Source: Neoconidiobolus thromboides FSU 785 (taxonomy: Eukaryota; Fungi; Entomophthoromycota). From it: 64,000 nucleotides of DNA. Each line of letters starts with the position of its first letter. Position 1 is the first letter of the stretch. The position numbers and the translations under genes were made by a program. Location: contig MU626343.1 in assembly GCA_025603075.1 (NCBI GenBank), positions 1 through 64,000 on the forward strand, written 5' to 3'. The notes below the pieces were generated by a model that did no database searches, was not told where the DNA came from, and saw only the letters and a list, made by a program, of their open reading frames with translations. Below, in pieces: positions 13,013 through 28,959 of the stretch.

Positions 13013-16000
13013 ATGTCGGAATCAAAGACAATAAACCCAGAAAATCAAGTTAAAGCGAGTAATAAGTAAGTTCTATTTTTCCTATTTTATAGATTTCAAA
13101 TGTTAAATTGTTTATTTTAGTGAAGACGAATTATTACCATTTCCGTCTTTACCACCTAATACTACTGGTAATTTAATATAGTTACTATCACTTTAGTAAA
13201 TTAATACATCTTTTAGAATCTTCTACTCACCAACGTCCTAAACCAAGATTAAATGTTGTAAGAAGGGGCAGAGCAGATACATTACCCCCAAGCTTTAGCT
13301 ATAGTTTTCCATTTTCTCCACCTCCACCTCCACCAGGATTAAAAAATTCAAACTCAAATTCGGATTTAAAAGCTATATCAACATCTTCTATACCAACCCC
13401 AAAATCAATACCTTCTTTAGGTCGTACCAATAGTAGTGGTAATCGAATGAGAGGAGCTACATTTTCTGTTCCTCCTTCTTCTTTACCTCCTCAATTTGCT
13501 CACCCTAATCCTTATGGTTCCTTTTATTCCAATAATTCATTACCTTCAATGAAAGGTGGTTTACAAGCAGTAGATGAGTCGGAACAAGCTATTATTAAAC
13601 ATTTGGGATTAGATGATCATGATAATGGTCCAAATGAACAAAAACGTAATTTACCAGAATCTAAAAGTAAGTTTTTATATTAAAATTAAGAAATTTATAT
13701 TCATTTCTTTAATTTAGCGATAGCAGCCTTGAAAAATTTGGGTAGAAATCGATCACGATCTTTTAATGTAGCAGGAAATTATAACGATTCACAACAAATG
13801 AATAATAATCCACCCAATATTAATACAACACCACCTCAACCAAGACTTACTTTACGCCAAGCAAGAGCAAGAGCTATTTCAGTTGGTTTTTTAAATCAAG
13901 AAGAGTTGTTTGATGCATTTCCAGAATTAGATGCTTTAATTGATTCGGATGATGAAAAAAATAGTCATTTACAAATAAGCCAAAGAATTCAAGAAGAAAC
14001 TTCATGGGCGAGTCAAGATTATGAAGATGAATATAATGAAATGGCACCTCCACCATTACCTTCTAGATCTCTTTGGGTAGGGAATTTAGACCCTAATGTA
14101 TCTTCCAATGATTTATTGGCCTTATTCTCACCTTATGGTCCTATCGAATCATTAAGAGTCTTGCCTGAAAAAGAATGTGCTTTCGTTAATTTTCACAGTT
14201 TAGAAGATGCTATTAAAGCTAAAGATGATATGCAAGGTGGTAGAATGGGGAGTTTAAATATTCGTATTGGTTTTGGTAAAGCTGATCCTACTTATGCTAC
14301 TACTACTGAAGTACAAACTACAAATCCAACACGTGCCTTGTGTAAATTTAATTATTTTTTAATACTTGTTTTATTAATAATTTATTAATAATAATTTATT
14401 TAGGGATTGGTAACATATCTGCTTCTACTTCTTCAGCTATTTTACAATCTATTTTTTCTAATTTTGGTATTGTTGAATCAGCACGAGTTTTAGTTCACAA
14501 AAATTGTGGATTTGTCAATTTTACTACAGTTGAGGCAGCACAAAAGGCACGAGATACAATGAATGGAAAAGAAATATCTGGATCAGTAGTAAGAATTGGA
14601 TATGGCAAAGCACCACCACCTGGAGAAACAAGTAACAAAACGAATCGACCAATTAATCCAATACCATTAAGCCAATTAGGTATTCAATTAGATGAAGTTC
14701 AAAGTCCAATTTCAGATAATTCATTTAATGAAATTAAAGGAAATAAAGAAAACAAAGAAGATAACATGAATCAGTTAGAAGAGAGCATTAATAAAATGAA
14801 ATTGGAAGAAAATATTAATAATCCTAATTATGGGGTTTATGAAAATGGTAATTTATTGGGTATGGATGGTAAGTAATTTATTTTTTATTTCATTTAAAAA
14901 TATAATAATAATTTTTATTTATTATCAATAGAAAAATTAGTTAGTTTTCCATATAAATCAATTGTACCTAATTTACCTAATAATGAAATTCGAATCGATC
15001 AAAATACTTTAAAAGAAAAACGTAAAGGTTTGGATGGTCATGTTCATTCGGATAATTATAATAGAATATTTGATGAATTATTTGAACTTGCAGTGGAATT
15101 GTGTACAGGTAAATAATAATAATAATCAAATCTATAACAACTTAACTTAACTTAACTTTCAATAATCAAACTAAACTTAGATTATGTTGGTAATACAATA
15201 ATTCAAAAAATGATGGAAAAAGGAGATATTGAACATCGAACATTATTAATTAAAAAAGTATCACCATATATGGCATCAATTGGATGTCATAAAAATGGAA
15301 CTTGGGCAATACAAAAAATGATTGATTGTGCAACAACTGATGAACAGGTAAATTTAATTTATTAATGATTAATAATATCAATATTAAATAATAATAATTT
15401 ATTTATTTTAATTTTTTAGTTTAAGATTATATCAGAATCTTTAAAACCGTATACACCTCCATTATTATTGGACCAATATGGTAACTATGTAGTACAATGT
15501 TGTCTCAAATTTGGACCCAAATATAATCAATTTATATTTGATGCTATTCATGCAAGATTTTGGGATATTGTTCATGGTCGATTTGGTACTAGGGCAGTAC
15601 GAACTTGTTTAGATTCTAAATTTAGTAATAATCAACAGAAAGTAAGAAATATTTATAATTTAATTTATGTTTTAATTTAATAACAATTAATTAATAATTT
15701 TAATAAAATAAATAGAAATTAGTAGCTATTGCTTTAGTTAATCATGGACTATTTTTATCAACGGATGCTAATGGATCTATATTAATAACTTGGCTATTAG
15801 ATACAAGTACAGTATCTGGACGCTATCGTAGTTTAGTACCTCAATTTTCAGTTCATTTGCCTGTCTTATGTACTCATAAATTAGCTTCATTAACTATATT
15901 AAAAATTATTAATCAACGAATTGAACCCGATGCACGAGAGAATTTAATTGAAGCTATCTTTTTTACCGAAGATGAAAGTGTACTTGAAGCTGTTTTATCG

Positions 16001-16216
16001 GATTCTAACTATGGTTTGGGATTAGTACAAAAAATATTACAATCTAGCTGTATTTCTATGGAAACTAAAGATAAGATTGCTGATAAAGTAAGATTAACTT
16101 TAAATCAATTACAATTAAATCATAATCATATTTATGGTCAATTAATTAATGATTTGGCTAATCATAATAATGAAAATGAAAATAATATGAATTCCAATAA
16201 TAATGGGTTCTATTAA
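13013..16216 (+). CDS. JSN1: JSN1/PUF2-type RNA-binding protein (2 RRM + Pumilio repeats, many exons)
   Basis: RRMs RSLWVGNL/CAFVNF and WIGNI/NCGFVNF; Puf repeats DYVGNTIIQK, HKNGTWAIQK, DQYGNYVVQCCL, GRFGTRAVR, HKLASLTILK. Start codon inferred. Confidence 0.85.
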
Positions 16217-16665
16217 TATTGGAAAGAGGTTTTGTATAGGATGAATAATGAGGTTTTTTTTATAAAGATATACATATAAAATAAGGATTGTTTACTTTTT
16301 ATTGTTATTTTAGTTTTTATATTAAATTAAGATTAATAGCTTTGAAAAGATCTACTATTTTGTATTTTAATATTTTAATATTTTATTTATATTTTATAAT
16401 TAGATTTCAAATTCAATAAATAACTAAAAGTGATATTTTAACTAATAATATAACCTCTATTTTTGGAATATATTGAGTTAAATTTAAGTATATATTTAAA
16501 ATAAAACCTATCAAATTTATTACACCTGAAAGCTTGTTAATTTTTAGTTAAGATGATGTCACCATATTATAGAAAATCTACATCAATTTCAAAAACTTTC
16601 ATTTCTCATTTTTATTTTAAAATTTGTTAAACCAATACTTCACTTAATTTCTAATATTCAATTCA

Positions 16666-17606
16666 ATGACATTTACCAATTTAAAACCCTTAATTGAAAA
16701 AGAAGTACTCACTTTAAAACCCTCGACTTTACTTAACTTAACTTTAGCCCCTTATTTACCCAAATCAGAAAATTTTAATTCAACTTTAAAATTCGATACT
16801 CCATTACCATATAATTATCATTTAGCTTACTTTTTCTCTCAACATCTGGAATCAAAACTGGCCAATGATGGTTATGATTTAGATCACTTTCCTAAATCCC
16901 GTAGGATAATGTGGCATAGTGGAAGGTTATTATATACTCACAATAATCTTATGAAATATGGACAAGAAGTTTCATGTCAAACTTCTATTATTAAAGAGGA
17001 TAAGATTATTAGTAGTAATTATAAAAAGGAATTAGTTAAAGTAATGAAACAAAAAGAATATTTTAATCAAATGGGACATTCAATGACGGAGATTCGAAGT
17101 TTAGTTTATTTTGATGGGGAAGATAAATTTCACATGAAAGTCAAAGAAAACGGAAAAGAGATTGAAGTGGAAGAAGGGGAAATGAAATTTAGTTTAACAA
17201 CTAATCCTGTTTTATTATTTCGATATTCAGCATTGACATTTAATGCACATCAAATTCATTATAATTCCAACTATGCTAAAATGGAAGGTTATCAAGGTAA
17301 GTCATTTATTATATATTAAATATTATAATTTTAATTCGAGTTTGTCACTAATAATAATCGTTGATAGATTGTTTAGTTCATGGACCTTTGACTATTACAT
17401 TTGTATTAAAATTAATGGAACATTTTAAAACTATTAATGGAGATGATAGACAAATCTTAGATTTCAATTATCAATTAATTTATCCACTATTAGTTAATCA
17501 ACAAATTCATTTTTATATTAAGAAGTTAAATAATCATCAATTAAGTTGTAAATTTTATAATCAATATTATCAATTATGTGGTAAATGTACAGCTATACTT
17601 GATTAA
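16666..17606 (+). CDS. HTD2 / MaoC-like hot-dog fold dehydratase (2 exons)
   Basis: LLFRYSALTFNAHQIHY...EGYQ joined across intron 17297-17367 to DCLVHGPLT; N-terminal RRIMWHSG. True start uncertain. Confidence 0.8.
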
Positions 17607-17740
17607 TAGAAAAGTAAATAAAGATAATAAATAATAAATAAAAATAATAAATAAATCAAATTCCATATATATTCCTCTTCTTTCTTTTTTCAAAATTAAA
17701 AGTTTGTTTATTCTTATAATAAAATAGTCTCTTGTTATCT

Positions 17741-18544
17741 CTACGCTTTAGTACTATTATAAACCTTTTTAAAGAGTCTTGAATATCCAATATACCCTGA
17801 CACAATACCAGCAAAGTGCATAATTTCAATATTCTTATTAATATGAAACAAATCATAACCACAGAAGATCATATCCGATAAAATTTTAACAAAATTCACT
17901 TTGATTGTATGTAATTCATTATTAATTAATGAATCTCTTTTATCTCCTTTTTCTTGAATTTCAATCTCTTTTTTGATCTTGAAATATTTCATTACATGAA
18001 GATATAAATCGATAGATAAACTAGTCCACCATAGTTTAATTGACCAAGTTTTAACATAAGTACCAAATTTACTATCTACAATCTTATATTTAGATAAACA
18101 GAATAAATCATCTGTAATTGCATTAATCATTTCACTAGTCGTCTTCACCATAATTAATCCATAATTCTCTTTTTCCACTGCTCCCATAGCAGTATTAGGG
18201 TTGAATCCTTTTCCTTGAAGTAAATAAACCAATTTAGCAAAAAAAGAAGTAAAATTCATTAATCTCACAATCTTTCTTGCATCACCAAACATTTTCATTA
18301 CACCATCAATACGCTCATGATGTTCTAATAACATTTGTTTTTTACGTAATAATGTAATCATGAGGACGGATAACGTATATTGAATCACTTTCATACTTTT
18401 ATCTCGTCCATCAGTATATGTAAGAGTAGTTGCAATCACATTGAAGAGTTTACTTACATTGTTAAGTCCGGACGAGGCAATTAATTGTTGAAGTGGTTTG
18501 TTATTGGCGAGATAAGCAGAGACGCTGTTTTCGATGGATGACAT
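17741..18544 (-). CDS. PEX11-family peroxisomal membrane protein
   Basis: 267-aa ORF with DGRDKSMKVIQY N-terminal motif, ARKIVRL and D..FC/GIVSG C-terminal features. Confidence 0.8.
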   Translation of the reverse strand: MSSIENSVSAYLANNKPLQQLIASSGLNNVSKLFNVIATTLTYTDGRDKSMKVIQYTLSVLMITLLRKKQMLLEHHERIDGVMKMFGDARKIVRLMNFTSFFAKLVYLLQGKGFNPNTAMGAVEKENYGLIMVKTTSEMINAITDDLFCLSKYKIVDSKFGTYVKTWSIKLWWTSLSIDLYLHVMKYFKIKKEIEIQEKGDKRDSLINNELHTIKVNFVKILSDMIFCGYDLFHINKNIEIMHFAGIVSGYIGYSRLFKKVYNSTKA

Positions 18545-19350
18545 TATATATTAAATCAATTACTAATTTAAAACTGAAGGTTAACGCATTGGTATTTAAA
18601 GAAAGTTTTATAATAGTTGATAGTATATGGACTTACTTTTTTATTATTTTTTAATTAAGTTTATTTTAAATTATTAAAATATAGTTACTTTAGATTTCAA
18701 TTCTTTTAAAAATATAAAAAAATTTCAATTTTAATCCAGTTGAAAACTGATGATAATTTAAGCCATTGATCAAGTTGAATTGATTCTGATATCTAATTGG
18801 CACTAATTAAAATCCGAATCAAAGTCATTAGCCAATAAAAATAAATAATTTTAACATACTTTGAAACTAAATGAGATCATTGAACTTTAGTTCTAAAAAT
18901 TATTAAACATTTGAAAATAAGAACATAAAAAAAAATAGCCACATAAAATTTGATTAAAAAAGTAGACAATATAAGTTTCAGTTTTCTATTCAACGATACT
19001 AACAATTGTAATTCTTTATTCTTCTCACTTTATTTTCTAGGTACTTCAATTAAAATATAATACCCTATTTTAAATAGAAAAAATAGCTAAAAACTTTAAT
19101 TATTATATTTAATACATTACAATGCTTTCTATTAAAGTGAGGATAAATTCTGTTGATCTCACCTCTTATAAAATCTATTGAACCTAAATAGTTCTTTAAA
19201 CCCTTATCTTAAGTATATTGCAAATTCTATAACAATAATAATAAACTAGTTAATGACAAAAAAAGCGGAATTCAACCAGTTGTCTTTCTTTTTAGTATCA
19301 TCCTTTGTTCAGTTTATTGTTCAAGCATAGCCGTTTTTGGAATAAATTCG

Positions 19351-19453
19351 ATATAAGGATATTTTTTGATTTCATCACTTTTTCCATTTTTTAAGTGCTG
19401 TTTGAGTGGAAAAATTGTTAGTAAAATTCAAACAAAAAAATACATCCCCATAC
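19351..19453 (-). mobile_element. ~98-bp MITE copy, degenerate
   Basis: Consensus core TTTTCCATTTTTTAAGTGCTGTTTGAGTGGAAAAATTG...ACATCCCC; flanks ATAT/ATAC. Confidence 0.85.
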
Positions 19454-19854
19454 AGTGGTTATTGTTAAATAACCCTGTAACATTGCTATACTAATTCACT
19501 TATAATTAGCTTTGAATTAAAACGTCAAGGATATTAAATAATAAATAAAGTAATTTTAATAGCTCTAATAAGAATTTATATCATTATTCTAATGGCAATT
19601 AATAACATATTTGAAGTAAAAGATTAATTTTATTATACAAATATTTAATGAATTAGAAATCAGAATGCCTATTTTCACGAACTAGCACGAGTTGATTTTT
19701 AAGCTTATTAAAATATAATTAAAAGTAAACTTTATTAAAAAATAAAATGCTAGTTAAAAATAAGCAAAAAAAAGTAGCTAGGATAGAAGTGAGAGGGAGG
19801 GGAGTGTAATAGAACAAAAAAAAGATAAGTAGAAATAAAAAATATTTCTATCTT

Positions 19855-21631
<1,777 letters not shown>

Positions 21632-22150
21632 AATAATATTGTATATTTTTCTGCTTTTTAAATCTTTGAATATCGAGTTTATTGTATTAAAAGAGTTGAA
21701 TTTTTGATTGTGGAGAAATTGAATGAGGTAGTTTCTTAAAATTGGAAATTTGAAAATTTTGAAGTTGAATTAAACAATAAAATTAATAGAAAAGTTCACT
21801 AAATTACGACTTGAAAAAAATCGCGGTTGACTTTTTATTGACTAAAAATATACGTTTATAGGGCAATAATTCGCTCGAATTTTCCCCCTTTACTCAATTA
21901 AATTCACTAACTTTAATCTTAATAAATTCTTAATTTTTTCAATATTAAAATAGTAACTTAATAATAAATAATTCAAAAAAAACAATTGTACAAAAGATCA
22001 TATTTATTAACAGAGCTTATAAAACTATAAATACATATAATAAAAGAAAAAGTTTAATTTTTCTTAACGCTCCCTATCCAAGATAGATAGCTACCTATCA
22101 TCTATCTTATCTCTCTCCATTTGTTAACTTGGCTCATTATTACTCTCAAC

Positions 22151-25100
22151 TTAAGCCATCTCCTCCCATTTATTTTTTAAATATAAATTAATTTTATCTA
22201 ATTTACTCTGGTTAACAATTTTAACCCCAACTTTAAACCAACCCATAATTGGTCTATGATCAGAGCAATTAATTTCAATTCGATTATATTTATTACATTT
22301 GATATTTTTTGATTTAATTAATATTCTATCGCAATAAGCAGGTACTCTTTTTTTTTCACTTGTATCATAATTATTTGTATATAAATCATATTTATAGGTT
22401 GGATTAAATAAGATTTCTTCTTCTTTAAAATTATCTAATAAAAATGGAAGAGGGCTATTTTTTAATTGTGTTAATTGATCAAATTGTATTAATTGAGAAT
22501 AGTCTTTATAAGATATTAGGTTTTTGACTGCTTGCTGATCTAAATTAATTCGATAATTTAAATCTCCAGAGAAAAATAAATGTTCATAATTTAATGGTTC
22601 AATGCCTTCTTGTTTATTTAAATAAATCAATTCTTCTTTTTTAATTGTTGGCCAAGGCACTGAAATTGGTCCTGTTCTTATATAAGATGAATTGTAGTTA
22701 TTATTATTTGTTACTGCTGTTGTAATAAATTGAGATTTTTTTAATATATTAAATATATCTTGGTTTCGATTACTAATTTCTTTTTGACCCGCAGCAAGAT
22801 GACAATTAATAAAACAAAAACTAGAATCATGTAATAAAAACTTAACTAGTATACCCCCCTTATTACCATGTAAGCCACCAAATCCAGTTTTATTAATTAC
22901 ACATTCCAACAAGTGAATTTGAGATTTTAACTCTGATTTAATGATAATTAAACTAAATAAACCAATCATATTTTCACTTATTAATATTTCATAATCCATT
23001 GAATAATTTTGTTGTATAAAATTTAATAATTGAATTTTCCATTCATTGTATCGACTACTTATCATTCTTTCTTTCTTTTCTTCTTTACGTTGAAATATAC
23101 TTTCTATTAATTAATAAAATATGAATGTAAATAAATAGAAAATTATTAATATAGTATAATAATAATAATAATAAGCTTACTTGCAGTTACTTTTTTACTA
23201 TCTAAATTAACTACTTCTTGAAATCCAAATACAATTATATCTGGTAATCCATCACCAATCCATTCTAATAAATAATCAGAATTCTTTGAGTTTATTACTT
23301 CTTCTGGTTTATTAGCACCAACATTAAATGAACAGATTCTCAAATCAATTTCTTTATAATTACTATACTCTTTTGATAATTTTTGTAATTGAATTACTAA
23401 TAATAAAATAAATAAATAAATAAATAAATATAAATATTATGTTTATTTATAATAAACTTACTTTGCCAATCATATGTTAAATTACCGTCCCAAAATTTAA
23501 ATTGACCTTGTTCACAACTAGAATAAACTAAACTTAAATTATTACTGTAATTTTCAATCTCTACATTTGTACTTAAACATTGAATTGAATTTGTGTGAGC
23601 TTCAAATTGTTTAATTAAGTTCAAACCATGATTATTAAAATTTAAAATATAAATTTTGTTTACTGCTACTAACCATAAGAAGGTATTTTTAACCAATAAT
23701 AATTGTTGTATTTTATAATTACATATTGTCAATGTGTTAATTAACTCAAATGTATCTTGATGATATATACTTAATTTACCATCTTGATGGGCAATTAATA
23801 TAATTTCTTTTTTTATATAATTTAATATACCCGTTATATTAGCTTGATTATAATTTAGATTAATTTTGTTTGTTAATTCAATTTGTTGATAATCTAATTG
23901 AAATATTAGTATTGTTTTTCCATAACAGTACCATAATTTATTATCTTCTGTTATTATTATATTATTGTTAATTTCTATAGAATGATTATTATTATTTAAT
24001 GTATTTTCATAAATAGTAAAATCCAACTTTAATTTAATATTTTCGTTTAAATCCATTAAATTAAAATAATAGATGATTGATTGATTTGTAATTGAAATTA
24101 ACTCCTCCTTATTATTTAATAGATTCATTATAAATGTCATATTCTTTTTCTTTCTTAATATGTAATATTGTTTTAACTCTAAATCCCATAGTATTAATAA
24201 CCCATCATTAAATCCAATTAATATTTTATCCTTCGTTTTTAAATAATTAAAGCTAATAATTTCATTATTATTATTTATAATTCCCATCAAATGACTATTA
24301 AAATTAATTTCTTTTAATAATCCACTTGTTGTTATATCATATAATTTTAACTGTTGGTTAGTAGCTACATATAATTTCCCTCGAATCGTTAATGAACATC
24401 GATTATTTCCTTTGGAAAATAAATCTTGATATCCAATATAAGGTAATGTTGGATTATTTTCATTTTCCATATATACTTTGTTACTTCTCTTTAATACTTC
24501 TCGCCATTGTGAATGATTTCCAATACCACTGTAATTACTTTGATGTCTGATTGAAGGTTTACTACTCAATTGGGGTTTACTATTTGCCTGATTTAACTTT
24601 GGTTTAGGTGGTAACATTGGTTTATTAGTTGTTGTTGTGCTGTTGACAATTACATTAAGCTTTGGTTTACTAGGTAACTCTGGCACTTTTCTTTGAGTCC
24701 CTAAACTTCCACTACTTTCCGTCGTAGAGCCAGTACTATTTTCCCTTGACATATATACTTTATTAATTACTTTTGGTGAATTCAAACCAACATTTATTTG
24801 TGGTATTTGTTTATTAATTCCCGTACTCAAGTTGCTCGTCCCTGTAGAACTAGTACTATTTTCTCGTGACATCAATACTTTTCTAATAACATTAGATGAA
24901 TTTAAACTTGAATCTATCTCTGGTATTTGTTTTTTGATTCCTAAATTTACATTGCTTTCTCCAACACTATTATCCCTTGGAATGTTTATTCTATCGATTA
25001 CTTTTGGTGAACTCAGGTTGACATTTATCTCTGGTATTTGTTTTTTGATTCCTAAACTTCCATTACTTTCCTCTTTATATCCACCGCTATTTTCCCTTGA

Positions 25101-25472
25101 CATACTTACCTTAGTAATAATTTTTGGAGAATTTAATGTCGAGTTGGTTGTAAAACTTACTGGTGAAATAACAGTATTAATTCCTTCGGTCCCTTGTCCA
25201 CTTTCACTTTCATCAAGAAATGGGTTTTCGATTTCCATCATATGTTTTAATTGAATTTCTGGTTTCTTTTTAAAGCTTTGTGGTTGAAATAATGCCCCTT
25301 GTTCAAAACTAGGTTTTGGTGAACTATTGTTCTTCATCTTTGGTAAAATCCCTTGGATCATGACTGCTCCTTTTGGGTCGAGAGTTGGGCTATGTGAATG
25401 GGGTTGAAGGGTTGTGGAATTGTTTAATTTCAACCGTTCAATACGTTGTCTTACGGATAAGGTTTCTTCCAT
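22151..25472 (-). CDS. Inositol polyphosphate 5-phosphatase with repeat-rich N-terminus and WD40-like region
   Basis: IPPc motifs FNVG, GFQE, NKGG, NCHLAAG, GDLNYRI, PTYKY, PAYCDRIL, SDHRPI; exons joined by GT-AG introns. Confidence 0.9.
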
Positions 25473-26068
25473 TTTATATTTTGCGGTGCTTTTATTTATT
25501 ATGTTAATTATTTAAGATATTATTTAGATTACAAAAAAAATAAAGGGTAAACTGTCCAACTTTACTTATTTTTACAATTATTCCATTATTATTCCCTTAA
25601 ATTCATATTTCCCCACTGCGAAGCTTCAAGTTACCCCTAAGTTTGAATTTTAATTCATGCTAAAAGTTGATTGGTGAGAACTAATTTAAGGAACCAAGAA
25701 CTTTTGGTAAAAGAAAAAAATTAATTGTGAAATTAATATAGCATTGATAGTAATATAATATTAATAACAGTAATATAATAATGGGAGTAGTAGTATAACG
25801 ACACAAGTATTAATATAATAGTAAAAATTTACTAATAATAGTGACACTTAGATCAATATAGAATAATTGTTGGTCAAAGAAATTCTTTAATCATTTACTA
25901 AGAATTTCATTAAATTATAAAAATAACTTTTAAAATTAACCTAATAGAAAAAAAGTACATAGCGCTATTTTTAACTCTTATTTTATAAATAAACATCCTA
26001 CGATTATTAACTAAATTATTATTATTATTTTTATATTGATGATGTTATGTTTCTTATTGTGTTTCATC

Positions 26069-26171
26069 ATATGTGAATATATTTTTGTTTAAGAATTTTA
26101 CTAACAGTCTTTCCACTCAAATAGCGCTTAAAAAATGGAAAAAGTAATGAAACCAAAAAACATCACAATAT
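26069..26171 (+). mobile_element. ~98-bp MITE copy
   Basis: Full-length with eroded ends; flanks ATAT/ATAT; right ATAT is shared with the next copy. Confidence 0.88.
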
Positions 26172-26274
26172 GAGAGTGTTTTTTTTAACTTTATTATTTT
26201 TTCCGTTTTCTAAGCGCCATTTAAGCGGAAATTTTGTTGGTAAAATTCTTAAACACAAAAATACATCCCCATAT
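26168..26274 (-). mobile_element. ~98-bp MITE copy
   Basis: Full-length; flanks ATAT/ATAT. Confidence 0.92.
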
Positions 26275-26728
26275 ATTCTTTTTGTCATATATATATTTTA
26301 AAATATAATGCATTTTAATTCCCTTAGAGATAGTATCATAAGTAATAAAGAATAATATTTTAATAAACTTTTTTAGCAAAATGCATTTTTTATTCTACAT
26401 AATATTAAAAACTAGATTATTACATTAAATAAGGGATTGTAATTAAATAATAAAACCGATCTAGCTATTAATTAGTGTATATCAATTAATAGTCAAAATA
26501 CATATTATAATAAAGCCTTTTAACATCATAAATATAATGCTGTTATCTTCAAAATAGACAAGTTCCTGCCATTAAGTAGATATAAAATTTATTCAAATAT
26601 TGACTTGTAATCAATATCAGCTATTCAAAAAAATATACCTTATTTAGCTCAGGACTTTTTTATTCAACTAAATTTAATTTAGACTATAAAATTAGCTATA
26701 AAAGTTCAAAATGAAAATTTATAATAGT

Positions 26729-27530
26729 TTATTTTGTATGGGTAATATATTGAGCAAATGGATCATTATCTGGATCCTTGTTGGGTGTATATTCTATAAT
26801 CTTTGAAAACTCATCAGCCTCATTATCATTTTTCATCAATGATAATATATAAAAGGCAGCATCTATACCAGCAGTGACACCAGAAGAAGTAATAAATTTT
26901 TTGTGATGAACCCAGCGAGCATTAGTATGCCAATTAACCTCTGGAAACATTGGGGTGTATTTCGTATAAAGTAACTTATTTGTTGTAGCTTCATGACCAT
27001 TTAATGCACCCGTTTTAGCTAATGCTACTGCCCCAGTACATACTGAAAATACAACTTTCGATTTTTTGATTAATTTTTTATAATCTTCGATAAATTCTTG
27101 ATTTTCAATCAAATTATCTACACCAAAACCACCAGGTATTACTAATAAATCCCAATCTTTTTCAATTGCTTGTTTCATACTTAATTCAATATTAAATGAC
27201 ATAGTTTTAAACATTGAATATACTGAAGAGTTGGATTTAATTCCTATAGTTTCAACGGACACTATATCAGGTTGTCCTCCTAATACCTCCATTGGCCCAA
27301 TTAAATCCAACATTGTAAACTCTTCATATAACATTGCCCCTACCTTATACTTTGGTTGTTTTGGGAAATAAGGCTCAATTATATCTACAATAAAAACATA
27401 AAAACCTGATTATATATTATTTCATATACTATTTACTTTTAGAGTCACTTGAGATCATGTTATATGAACTATACTCAGCACAATGTACAACGGTTAATAA
27501 AGTAGCTAAAAGTTTTAAAAATCGTACCAT
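26729..27530 (-). CDS. DJ-1/PfpI (ThiJ/InhA-like) protein with predicted signal peptide (2 exons)
   Basis: Exon 1 27530-27437 MVRFLKLLATLLTVVHCAEY..., intron 27436-27385, then FTMLDLIGPMEVL, IPGG, SVCTGA (nucleophile Cys), RWV, TSSGVTAGIDAA. Confidence 0.88.
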
Positions 27531-28959
27531 TTTTTAACAGACTGAATTAAACTAAACTCAAAGTAAATTTTTGTTTGTTTATATTCTTTATATTCATGCT
27601 TTGCTGTTGCCTATCTTTTTTTTTTACCAGCCACAACTAACTATCATTTAACCATTATTTCAGATTTTTTTTGGGATTGATTGGGTATTTCCAACTTATT
27701 TGTAGAGGCTGTTTTATTCTATTAAGCTGTTTATTAAATTATCATAAATAATGACTTTAATTTATTTTTAGATAGCTTCAATGCTCATTAAAATTAATAT
27801 TCACTCGGTAATCGCGCGATTAACTAAATATTCATTCTTTTGAAAATATATGTTTGTGATAATGTAGCTATTAAATTTATACATGATTATCACTTGATCT
27901 GCCTTTCTTATTAACCCTACTCTATTTATTATCAGTTTTTCCGTTTGTTTTATTTTAAAATTACCTACACTTTTTCTCAAAGCATTTGCCATGCTATATA
28001 CTAGTAGGCATACTTTTATATTTTCTTTTAGTAAATCAAGTTCAGTCTAATTTATAGATAAAAAATAAGGAAAAAATAAGAAACAGTAAACTTACTAATA
28101 AGATATTCAAAGATTATAAAATTACTTTCATTAGACTCTTGAAAGACTTGCTATTACTCTGCTTCAAAATTTGATGATTTTCGATTCTATGTTTTTTAAA
28201 GATAATAGTTTGCAAATTTTTTAAAAATGTGATTTTTCTTATTAATAACCTACCACTTGACTCCATATTTTATCTGATACTTAAGTACCGGACTTGATCT
28301 GCCAAAAAAGAAACATAGAAAATATATATATAATACATCTAATATGCTAAATATTTTGACAAAAGGTATATTTCAAAGTTATATTAAAAATTTATTAGCA
28401 TTAATATAATCTAATTTATAAAAGTTCAGATGAATCTAATCTAATATACACGCCTTTCAACTTTTTTCAAGCTATTTAGTGATAATTTCACAATTAAATT
28501 ATTTTTACATTTTTTAATGTCTAAGCTTTGTAATTTATCAAATTTTGGTCTAAAATTTGTCCTTAAATACGCAATTTATAGTCTATGAAAAAATGAAAAA
28601 GATGTTATCTAAATTAGGATATCTTTGACAGCTTATGATTAACTAGGCAACTATCCACCTTTTGAGATTATAAAATTTCTGAATTAAAGCTTAAAGTTGT
28701 CAATTTGTCTTTATTAGTCATTGCCTTAAAAAGTATAATAAAAGTGTTTTATTTAATGTATAAGACTAGGTTAAACATTCTAATCTTTAAGCTTTTCTTA
28801 TTTTTGTGGTTAATATAAGTCAACTTCTATTAAAAATGGATAATAAATGAAACCAAAAAATGTCCTTAAATTGAGTATTAATAAAAAAAGTTATCCTAAT
28901 TGAACTATTGTATTTAGGTACTTTTTATTTCAATTTATTTCAATTAGTTATCATTCTAA

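Noticed and set aside
16666-18544. HTD2-like and PEX11 genes as a lipid-metabolism cluster
   Set aside because: Only two convergent neighbours, probably acting in different organelles; no evidence of co-regulation.
27801-27992. 63-aa ORF with ATG
   Set aside because: No recognisable motif and the surrounding frames are full of stops.
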